Position numbers and translations under genes: made by a program. Below, in pieces: positions 56,456 to 64,000 of a DNA stretch of 64,000 bases. This DNA is from a candidate division FCPU426 bacterium (GTDB taxonomy: Bacteria > Oederibacteriota > Muellerivitia > Muellerivitales > Muellerivitaceae). The notes beneath the pieces are model-generated. The model ran no database searches, was not told where the DNA came from, and saw only the letters and a list, made by a program, of their open reading frames with translations. Where the stretch lies: assembly GCA_963719085.1 (NCBI GenBank), contig CAVRAL010000004.1, positions 1,056,001 to 1,120,000 of the forward strand, read 5' to 3'. Position 1 is the first letter of the stretch. Every line of letters starts with the position of its first letter.

Positions 56456-57505
56456 GTGAACCAAGTGGCGATGGATTCCTCCAACCGATCGGAAGCCGTG
56501 CTGTCGACCGTGATCCACCAATATGTGGCCACGGCCAAGCCCGTCGCGTCGCTTTCCCTCTCCGGAAAAATTCAGGTCTCGCCCGCCACCATCCGCAGTG
56601 TTTTTATGCGCCTGGAAGACCAGGGTTACTTGAGCCACCCCCACACCTCCGCGGGCCGGGTGCCGACGGACCAAGGCTACCGTTTTTACGTGGAACGCCT
56701 GATGCGGGCCCGGGAACTAAGCCTGAAAGAAAGACATCGAATTGAAGGTGAGTATGAAAAGGCCAAGGACGAAGTCCAGGCCTTGATGCGGCATACGGCG
56801 AAAATTTTGTCCGCGATGACCCGTTTAGGCGGGCTGGCGGTTTACCATCTTCCGGATGAGGCCCAGCTTGATCATTTTAAGCTGGTCCCCATTGACGCGC
56901 GCAAGGTCATGGTCATCTTGGTTTTGGACAACGGCGTGGTGAAAGAGGAATTGGTCCGCTTGGAAGGCGTTTTGTCCCCGAAAGAATTGGCCAAGGTCAC
57001 CCAAGTCTTGAATTCCCGTTTTAAGGGTCTTTCGCTTTTCGAGATCCGCGCCGGCATGCTTTCGGACGCCCAAAAGCTTCGCGATCAAAAGCTGGATCTT
57101 CTCAAGGCGGCCCTGAAGACCATCGACAACGCGCTCGACCTGGAAGGCGACCAAATCCAGCTGGAGGGCTTTTCCCAATTGATGGAACAGCCCGAGTTTA
57201 AGACGATGGAGAACCTGGAGCGCATGATCCGCCTCGTCGAACAGCGCGGTCCCTTGAAGCCGATCTTGGAGAAGCAGAGATCGAATCCCGGTTTGGCGGT
57301 GGAAATCGGCGAAGCCTCCACACTGGGGCTTCAGGGCAAGAATTTTTCATTCATGCACCTGCCTTACCGTCTTCAGGGCAAGGTGGCGGGGGTTTTGGGG
57401 GTTTGGGGCCCCACCCGGATGGATTACGGCCGGGTCGCGGGACTGATGAGCCAAGTGGTCCGGTCCCTGGAAGAAGCTTTGAACAAACGAGGAGGATGGT
57501 CCTAA
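56456..57505 (+). CDS. hrcA: Heat-inducible transcription repressor HrcA
   Basis: SPATIR, PHTSAGRVPTDQGYRFYV, GPTRMDY; upstream of grpE-dnaK. Confidence 0.95.
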   Translation: MNQVAMDSSNRSEAVLSTVIHQYVATAKPVASLSLSGKIQVSPATIRSVFMRLEDQGYLSHPHTSAGRVPTDQGYRFYVERLMRARELSLKERHRIEGEYEKAKDEVQALMRHTAKILSAMTRLGGLAVYHLPDEAQLDHFKLVPIDARKVMVILVLDNGVVKEELVRLEGVLSPKELAKVTQVLNSRFKGLSLFEIRAGMLSDAQKLRDQKLDLLKAALKTIDNALDLEGDQIQLEGFSQLMEQPEFKTMENLERMIRLVEQRGPLKPILEKQRSNPGLAVEIGEASTLGLQGKNFSFMHLPYRLQGKVAGVLGVWGPTRMDYGRVAGLMSQVVRSLEEALNKRGGWS

Positions 57506-58095
57506 TGCCGGAAATGAATCAAAACAATAGGGGCGAGCCCGAAGTCGAGATTTTGAACAGCCATCCCACGTCTTACGATGACGCGGGTAACGCTTCCGAA
57601 CTGCCCACGGAAGAGCCTTTAAACCCCGCCGCCGCCGAGGCGGTGGACGAATGGAAGAAAAAGCACGATGAGGTGAAGGAGCAGCTGCTCTGGACGGCCG
57701 CCGAGTTCGATAATTACAAGAAGCGGGCCTTGAAGGAGAAGGAAGAGTTCCTTAAATTCGCTCAGGCGGGCTTGTTAAAAGAGTTTCTGGTGGTGGCGGA
57801 CAACCTGGAACGGGCCGTGGCTTCCGTCACGGGCGCCGACGGCACCATGGGAACCTTGAAACAAGGCGTGGAATTGACCCTGCGCCAGTTCCAAACCATT
57901 TTGGAAAAGCACGGCATCACCAAGATCAAGACCAAGGGGGAGAAGTTTGACCCCCGGGCCCATGAAGTCATGATGCAGGAAGAGACGGATCAATTCCCCG
58001 AGGAAACCGTCATTGAGGAGCTTCAAAGCGGATACAAGCTCCACGACCGTATTTTGCGTCCCGCGTTGGTGAAGATCGCCAAGAAAAAGGCGTGA
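57505..58095 (+). CDS. grpE: Nucleotide exchange factor GrpE
   Basis: AEFDNYKKR, DNLERA, FDPRAHE, GYKLHDRILRPALV. Confidence 0.97.
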   Translation: MPEMNQNNRGEPEVEILNSHPTSYDDAGNASELPTEEPLNPAAAEAVDEWKKKHDEVKEQLLWTAAEFDNYKKRALKEKEEFLKFAQAGLLKEFLVVADNLERAVASVTGADGTMGTLKQGVELTLRQFQTILEKHGITKIKTKGEKFDPRAHEVMMQEETDQFPEETVIEELQSGYKLHDRILRPALVKIAKKKA

Positions 58096-58162
58096 TTTCG
58101 TTCCCGGGCCGGAGGTTTTGGCCGCAGGGAGATAAAGTAATAATTTTTAAGGAGAAGTTGAA

Positions 58163-60109
58163 ATGGCAACGAACAAAGTTTTAGGAATCGATTTAGGAAC
58201 CACGAATTCCTGTATGGCCATCATGGAGGGCGGCGAGCCCAAGGTGATCGCCAACGCGGAAGGCGCCCGGACCACGCCGTCCGTGGTGGGTTTTTCCAAG
58301 ACCGGCGAAAGGTTGATCGGCCGGGTCGCCAAGAACCAATCCATCACCAACCCGACGAACACCGTTTTTTCCATCAAGCGCTTTATGGGCCGCAAACTGC
58401 ACGACCCGGAAGTGGAACTGGACAAAAAGCTGGTGCCTTATAACCTGAAGGAAGCTTCCAACGGGGACGTTCGGGTCAAGATTGACGACAAGGAATATTC
58501 CCCGCCTGAAGTCTCGGCCATGATTTTGCAAAAACTCAAGGCTGACGCGGAGGCCTACCTGGGCACCACCATCACCGAAGCCGTGATTACGGTTCCGGCT
58601 TATTTCAACGACGCCCAGCGTCAAGCCACCAAGGACGCCGGCAAAATCGCCGGGCTGGATGTTTTGCGTATCATCAACGAGCCTACCGCAGCGGCCCTGG
58701 CCTATGGTTTGGACAAGGACAAAAAGAACGAAAAGATCGCCGTGTATGACTTGGGCGGCGGAACCTTTGACGTGTCCATTTTGGAATTGGGCGACGGCGT
58801 GTTCGAGGTCAAGTCCACCAATGGGGACACCCATTTGGGCGGCGACGACTTTGACCAGCGCATCATTCAATGGCTGATCGATGAGTTCAAAAAAGATTCC
58901 GGTGTTGATTTGAAGAACGACAAGATGGCCCTGCAGCGCCTCAAGGAAGCGGCGGAAAAGGCCAAGATCGACTTGTCGACCACGGCGGAAACCGAATTGA
59001 ACCTGCCCTTCATCACGGCGGACGCTAGCGGGCCTAAGCACATGAACTTGAAACTGACCCGCTCCAAGCTGGAACAACTGGTCGGGGACTTGGTCGAGAA
59101 AAGCGTGGAGCCCTGCCGCAAGGCCCTGAAGGACGCCGGCTACACGGTGGACGATATTCAGGAAGTGGTCCTGGTGGGCGGAATGACCCGCATGCCTTTG
59201 GTCGTGAAGACCGTGAAGGACTTTTTCAAACGCGAACCTCACAAGGGCGTGAACCCGGATGAGGTGGTGGCCGTGGGCGCCGCCATCCAAGGCGGGGTTT
59301 TGAAGGGAGAAGTCAAGGATGTGCTTCTCTTGGACGTGACGCCTTTGTCCTTGGGCGTGGAGACCCTGGGAGGGGTCATGACCAAGGTCATCGAGCGCAA
59401 CACCACCATCCCGGCCAAGAAGAGCCAGACTTTCTCGACCGCCGCCGACAGCCAAAGCACGGTTTCGATCCACGTGCTCCAGGGCGAGAGAGAAATGGCG
59501 ACCGACAACCGCACGCTGGGCCGCTTTGACCTGGTGGGCATTCCGCCGGCGCCCCGGGGAACCCCGCAGATTGAGGTGACCTTTAACATCGACGCCAACG
59601 GTATTTTGCACGTGGCCGCGAAAGATTTGGGCACAGGCAAGGAACAAAGCATCCAGATCACGCCGTCTTCCGGATTGTCCGAGGACGAGATCAAAAAGAT
59701 GCAAAAGGACGCCGAGCTTCACGCCGAGGATGATAAAAAGAAAAAAGAGAAGATCGAGGCGAAGAACCAGGCCGACACCCTGGCCTATTCCACCGAAAAG
59801 GCCCTGAAAGATTACGGGGACAAGGTGGATGCCGACACCAAGAAGCAGATCGAGGAAAAGCTCGAGGCTTTGAAGAAGCTCATGGCGGGCGAGGACGCGG
59901 AGGCCATTAAAAAGGCCTCGGAAGAACTCAGCCAAGCCGCGATGAAACTGGGCGAGATCATGTATAAGGAAGCGGCGGAGAAGGCCGGCGCCGCCGGCGC
60001 GGCCGCGGGCGCGCCGGAAGGCCAAGGCGGCCACGCCCATCCGGATGAAAAGCCCAAGGACGGTCCGGTGGACGCGGAGTATGAGCCTTCGGATAGCGAA
60101 AAAAAGTAA
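58163..60109 (+). CDS. dnaK: Chaperone DnaK (Hsp70)
   Basis: [45 protein letters not shown]. Confidence 0.99.
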   Translation: MATNKVLGIDLGTTNSCMAIMEGGEPKVIANAEGARTTPSVVGFSKTGERLIGRVAKNQSITNPTNTVFSIKRFMGRKLHDPEVELDKKLVPYNLKEASNGDVRVKIDDKEYSPPEVSAMILQKLKADAEAYLGTTITEAVITVPAYFNDAQRQATKDAGKIAGLDVLRIINEPTAAALAYGLDKDKKNEKIAVYDLGGGTFDVSILELGDGVFEVKSTNGDTHLGGDDFDQRIIQWLIDEFKKDSGVDLKNDKMALQRLKEAAEKAKIDLSTTAETELNLPFITADASGPKHMNLKLTRSKLEQLVGDLVEKSVEPCRKALKDAGYTVDDIQEVVLVGGMTRMPLVVKTVKDFFKREPHKGVNPDEVVAVGAAIQGGVLKGEVKDVLLLDVTPLSLGVETLGGVMTKVIERNTTIPAKKSQTFSTAADSQSTVSIHVLQGEREMATDNRTLGRFDLVGIPPAPRGTPQIEVTFNIDANGILHVAAKDLGTGKEQSIQITPSSGLSEDEIKKMQKDAELHAEDDKKKKEKIEAKNQADTLAYSTEKALKDYGDKVDADTKKQIEEKLEALKKLMAGEDAEAIKKASEELSQAAMKLGEIMYKEAAEKAGAAGAAAGAPEGQGGHAHPDEKPKDGPVDAEYEPSDSEKK

Positions 60110-60137
60110 ATTTTAAGTTTTGAGATTTAGGTTGTGG

Positions 60138-60163
60138 AGGCGGCCTTTTAGGCCGCCTTTTTT
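60138..60163 (+). terminator. Rho-independent terminator after dnaK
   Basis: AGGCGGCCT-ttt-AGGCCGCCT followed by TTTTT. Confidence 0.9.
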
Positions 60164-60347
60164 ATTGGGCCAAGCCGCCTGGTTTTGCCAAAGGCCCAAA
60201 ATTCTTTCCGGATAAAAGCCAATAGAATTCGGACTAAATCCCGGCGGATTCCGCTGATTCCTGACTTCCCTTGATTGCGGCCCAAATAAGGCGCATGATG
60301 ATGTTCCTTTCGACTCCTCAAAGAGCCTGGAAGATGAGGAGGCCTCC

Positions 60348-60623
60348 ATGAAGCATGTTAAATATCCCGAAAGCATCGTTTGCGAAGATTGCCACAGTCC
60401 CGTCAAGATGGTGGATTGCCGGCTTTTGGACAAGGCGGTCAAGGGGAAGACCCATGTGGAATTCGACACGGTTTGCGTGGCTTGCGGGAAGCGCTTCTCG
60501 GTGAGCCGGGATTTGGAATATCTTCAGTACAGCGAACGCGAGTTTTGCATGGCCAAAAACCTGGTGGCGGTCGCTAAACCTTCCGGCAAACCGGCCCCGT
60601 CCAAGACCAAGATCAAGATTTAA
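60348..60623 (+). CDS. Small putative zinc-ribbon protein
   Basis: CEDC...CVAC pair; strong GAGGAGG RBS. Confidence 0.7.
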   Translation: MKHVKYPESIVCEDCHSPVKMVDCRLLDKAVKGKTHVEFDTVCVACGKRFSVSRDLEYLQYSEREFCMAKNLVAVAKPSGKPAPSKTKIKI

Positions 60624-60772
60624 GCTTTTTCCATGATTCCGCTCCGAAGGGTTTGCTGAGAATTGGTTTTTAAACCTTTTTGAAGGCCGTTCCTTGTTGA
60701 AATCCTCCCGTTCCCAAGCCTGAATTGTTGTAAAATTCCCCCCGGCTTTAACCCTGTTGAAAAAAGGCGTCC

Positions 60773-61927
60773 ATGCCCAAAAAAATCGCCATTCTCGGCT
60801 CGACCGGTTCCATCGGAAGGTCCACGCTTCAAGTGGTCGAGAAACTTTCGCCGGCTTTCCAAGTGGTGGGATTGACCGCCCACCAAAATTACCGGGAGCT
60901 GGCCCGGCAGATCAAACAGTTCCGGCCCAAAATGGCCGCGATCATGGATGAGAATTTTTTTGCCCCCCTGAAAAAACTGGTTCCGGGAAACGCCACCCGG
61001 CTTTTAGCCGGGTCCGAGGGTGTGGTGGCGGTCGCCGGGGAATCGGGCGCGCCCTTGGTTTTATCCGCCATCGTGGGGGCCGCGGGTCTCAAGCCGACCC
61101 TGACTGCCGTCCAAAAGGGAAAAGACATCGCCTTGGCCAACAAGGAAACCCTGGTGATGGCCGGGGAAGTGGTGGCGCGGGCGGCGAAAGAATCCGGATC
61201 CAAAATACTTCCGGTGGATAGCGAGCATTGCGCGGTATTCCAGTGCCTGGCGGCAGGCGGGGGCGATATCGGGGAAATCCATAAAATTCTTTTGACGGCG
61301 TCCGGCGGGCCTTTTCGAACGCTGGCGCGGAAGCGATTTCCCAAAATCACCTTGAAGCGGGCGCTGAACCACCCGACTTGGCGCATGGGGCCCAAGATCA
61401 CCATTGACTCCGCCACGCTGATGAACAAGGGGCTGGAAGTCATCGAGGCCCATTATCTTTTCGGCGCGCCTTATGAAAAGATCGACATCGTGATCCATCC
61501 GGAGTCCATCATCCACTCCATGGTGGAATATATTGACGGATCCGTATTGGCCCAATTGGGCACCACCGACATGCAGATTCCCATCCAGTACGCCTTGACC
61601 TATCCGGCGCGTGCGGAAGCGCCGGTGAAGCGGTTGGATTTGGCCGGTATCGGCCGGCTTCATTTTGAGGCGCCCGACCGCGAAAAATTTCCCTGCGTGG
61701 ACTTGGCATACGCCGCGGGAAAAAAGGGTGGTACGACTCCGGCGGTTTTAAACGCGGCCAATGAGGTGGCGGTGGCTTTATTTCTAAAAGGTAAAATTTC
61801 CTTTATTCAAATACCGAAAATCATCGCTAAAGTCCTCGGCAAACACCGCCCCCTGACAAACGCAAACCTGGATGGTATATTGGGCGCTGATCGTTGGGCC
61901 CGCGAAGAGGCCCTATCCCTAGTTTAG
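60773..61927 (+). CDS. dxr: 1-deoxy-D-xylulose 5-phosphate reductoisomerase
   Basis: ILGSTGSIG, LANKETLV, PVDSEH, TASGGPF, HPTWRMGPKITIDSATLMNKGLE. Confidence 0.98.
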   Translation: MPKKIAILGSTGSIGRSTLQVVEKLSPAFQVVGLTAHQNYRELARQIKQFRPKMAAIMDENFFAPLKKLVPGNATRLLAGSEGVVAVAGESGAPLVLSAIVGAAGLKPTLTAVQKGKDIALANKETLVMAGEVVARAAKESGSKILPVDSEHCAVFQCLAAGGGDIGEIHKILLTASGGPFRTLARKRFPKITLKRALNHPTWRMGPKITIDSATLMNKGLEVIEAHYLFGAPYEKIDIVIHPESIIHSMVEYIDGSVLAQLGTTDMQIPIQYALTYPARAEAPVKRLDLAGIGRLHFEAPDREKFPCVDLAYAAGKKGGTTPAVLNAANEVAVALFLKGKISFIQIPKIIAKVLGKHRPLTNANLDGILGADRWAREEALSLV

Positions 61928-61940
61928 TGAAGGAATTCAA

Positions 61941-63290
61941 ATGAATATTTGGCTCGTGCTGGAAGTCGTCCTGGCTTTTACCTTGATCATCGCCATCCAT
62001 GAATGGGGCCATTTCATCGCCTGCCGGATTTTCGGCGTCCGGGTGGAGCGTTTCGCCATCGGCATGGGCCCGGTTCTTTTGGCTAGAAAATGGGGGGACA
62101 CGGAGTACGCGATTTGCGCCTTCCCCATCGGCGGCTACTGTAAACCCGCGGGCGGCGATTTAAGCGTGGAAAGCGCCGATAAGATGTACGAGAAGCCTCC
62201 CGTCCCCGGCGAGTTCCTTTACGCCTCCTGGTGGAAAAGGGTCGTGATCTTCCTGGCGGGCCCCGGCATGAATTATGTTTTGGCCTTTTTCGTCATGTTT
62301 TTCATCCTGGTGGTGGGGGAACAGATCCCCGTGGAAAAGCCCCAATTGGGTTTCGTGCCGCCGGGCAGCCTGGCCGCCCAAGCGGGATTGAAGAAAAACG
62401 ACACGCTCTTGAAAATCAACGGGCAGGACGTGAAAAACCTGTTCACGGACGAGGACACGATTTATGAAGGCCTGACCAAGGACCCCAACCAGGGAGTCGC
62501 CTTGACGGTTCAGCGAAAAGCGAAAATCTTCAACGTGACCCTCAAGGGTGATTTGAAAAAAGACGGTGTGGATCTGGGGATCTATTCGATCGCCCCGGCC
62601 ATGGTGGGCTCGGTGCCTCCGTCCACGCCGGCCAGTTTGGCGGGTTTAAAAGCCGGGGACACGATCCTTTCAGTGAATGGAAAAACCGTCTCCGATTGGG
62701 CCGAGTTGGCTTATAGCATCCGAAGCTCCGTGTCGGACGAGATCGACCTTCAGGTCTCGCGCGACGGCAAAACCTATCCGGTTAAAATCAACCGGGTTTA
62801 TAACGGCATGAACAAGGCCATCGGCATCGCGGCCCCCGAGCCGACCGAGTTTGAGGTTAAAAAAATGGGCCCGGTCGAGGCTTTCTCGACGGCGGCGACG
62901 CGCACGGAAGAATTCACCACCCTTTACCTGGGGTCCCTGGGTAAATTGGTCACGGGCAAGTTTTCCCTCAAGGACAGCGTGGGCGGCCCGATCACGATTA
63001 TGCGGGTCATGTACCAGAAGGCGTCCCAAAACTGGATCGAGTTCTTAAGCACGGTGGCTTTTATTTCTTTGGTACTGGGCCTGATGAATCTTTTGCCCAT
63101 TCCGGTGGTGGATGGCGGCCAAATTGTTTTATGCGTGATCGAGGGCATCAAGCGCGGCCCGGTTTCATTGCGCTGGCAGAATCTTTTCCAGACCGTGGGG
63201 TTTGTTTTTATCGTGGCCGTGATGGTGCTGGTGGTTTCCAACGACGTTTGGCGGTTGTTCCTGGAAAAATTCCACAGCCAAATCCCGTAA
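61941..63290 (+). CDS. rseP: RIP metalloprotease RseP (M50, two PDZ domains)
   Basis: HEWGH, FAIGMGP, PIGGY, AGPGMN, NLLPIPVVDGG. Confidence 0.96.
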   Translation: MNIWLVLEVVLAFTLIIAIHEWGHFIACRIFGVRVERFAIGMGPVLLARKWGDTEYAICAFPIGGYCKPAGGDLSVESADKMYEKPPVPGEFLYASWWKRVVIFLAGPGMNYVLAFFVMFFILVVGEQIPVEKPQLGFVPPGSLAAQAGLKKNDTLLKINGQDVKNLFTDEDTIYEGLTKDPNQGVALTVQRKAKIFNVTLKGDLKKDGVDLGIYSIAPAMVGSVPPSTPASLAGLKAGDTILSVNGKTVSDWAELAYSIRSSVSDEIDLQVSRDGKTYPVKINRVYNGMNKAIGIAAPEPTEFEVKKMGPVEAFSTAATRTEEFTTLYLGSLGKLVTGKFSLKDSVGGPITIMRVMYQKASQNWIEFLSTVAFISLVLGLMNLLPIPVVDGGQIVLCVIEGIKRGPVSLRWQNLFQTVGFVFIVAVMVLVVSNDVWRLFLEKFHSQIP

Positions 63291-63305
63291 TAAAGAAAGC
63301 TTTTT

Positions 63306-63414
63306 ACCACGAAGTTCACTAAGTACACGAAGCGCGGCAAAACATTGGGCCGAAAGAAATTTCAAAGAGATTGGTTTAATTATTTAACTTCGTGAACTTT
63401 GTGTACTTCGTGGT
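63306..63414. repeat. Inverted-repeat element built from 9-bp units (CACGAAGTA)
   Basis: ACCACGAAGTTCACTAAGTACACGAAG (63306-32) pairs with CTTCGTGAACTTTGTGTACTTCGTGGT (63388-414); 27 bp with 3 mismatches. Confidence 0.88.
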
Positions 63415-63456
63415 GAAAAAAATTTTAGAGCCTAAAAATCCTTGTCGGAGGGCTTC

Positions 63457-64000
63457 TTGAAACTGCATGAATACCAAGCGAAAGAAATTTTCGCCAAGTA
63501 CGGTCTCCCGGTCCAGCCGGGACAATTGGTCAAGCATCTCTCCGAAATCGACGAGGCGCTTAGGCGCTTTCCCCAAGGGCCTTGGGTGGTGAAGGCCCAG
63601 ATCCACGCCGGAGGCCGCGGCAAGGCGGGCGGCGTCAAGCTGGCCAAGACCGAGGCGGACCTTCGCCAAAGGGCCAGCGACATTTTGGGCATGACGCTCA
63701 TTTCCCCCCAGACCGGCCCCCAAGGCAAAACGGTCAAAAAAATATTCATCACGCCGGCGCTGGATTACGTGAAGGAACTTTATATCAGCGTGGTGCTGGA
63801 CCGGGGAACCCGCTGTCCCGTGATCTTGGCCTCCGCCGAGGGCGGCACCGAGATCGAGGAATTAGCCGCCACCAAACCCGAAGCCATCCAAAAGACCTTG
63901 ATCAACCCCCTGCAAGGGTTGGAGCCTTATCAGGCCCGGGAACTTTATTTAAGTTTGGGACTGCCCAAAGAACGCATCAACGCGGGCGCCAAGCTTTTCC
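63457..64000 (+). CDS. sucC: Succinyl-CoA ligase beta subunit, 3'-truncated by the window edge
   Basis: Not in the ORF track. TTG start after GGAGG gives (M)KLHEYQAKEIFAKYG...VVKAQIHAGGRGKAGGVK...ELYISVVLDR...SAEGGTEIEE. Confidence 0.96.
   Translation, partial: MKLHEYQAKEIFAKYGLPVQPGQLVKHLSEIDEALRRFPQGPWVVKAQIHAGGRGKAGGVKLAKTEADLRQRASDILGMTLISPQTGPQGKTVKKIFITPALDYVKELYISVVLDRGTRCPVILASAEGGTEIEELAATKPEAIQKTLINPLQGLEPYQARELYLSLGLPKERINAGAKLF

Noticed and set aside
58193..60040. 615-aa ORF antisense to dnaK
   Set aside because: Long antisense frames opposite dnaK/hsp70 are a known by-product of codon bias; no independent motifs or RBS.

Overview
A 64-kb, GC-rich chromosomal segment from a diderm bacterium (lipoproteins and outer-membrane beta-barrels are present), densely coded and almost all on the + strand. 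The gene set (abundant CIA30/CBM11-like lipoproteins, SLH-porin-like proteins, Elusimicrobia-style pilin) suggests a poorly studied lineage, but taxonomy cannot be fixed from this window. In order: end of a cytochrome oxidase biogenesis cluster (ctaB, ABC pair, SCO, DUF420); a serpin lipoprotein; a TPM/NTase/PEBP/LemA cluster; dinB; a sensor kinase plus sigma54 activator upstream of a clear -24/-12 promoter and a type IV pilin; a HEAT protein and three tandem mosaic YfhO-like GT-C genes; sfsA, htpX, an HDAC, suhB, hsp20 and a ZIP transporter; a ~17-kb cell-surface locus; then lepA-lepB-hemW-hrcA-grpE-dnaK, dxr-rseP and the start of sucC. The best candidate for an undescribed system is the surface locus at 34806-52148. 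It has three paralogous SLH-coiled-coil-beta-barrel proteins, four paralogous Cys-paired carbohydrate-binding-like lipoproteins, and an RlmD rRNA methyltransferase fused through a TM helix to a glycoside-hydrolase-like ectodomain. A second candidate is an HrcA with an altered recognition helix, no CIRCE, and a shared CGGA-N4-TCCG palindrome upstream of hrcA and hsp20. No rRNA, tRNA, CRISPR array, transposase or integrase was recognised. All family calls come from motif recognition by eye, not database searches.
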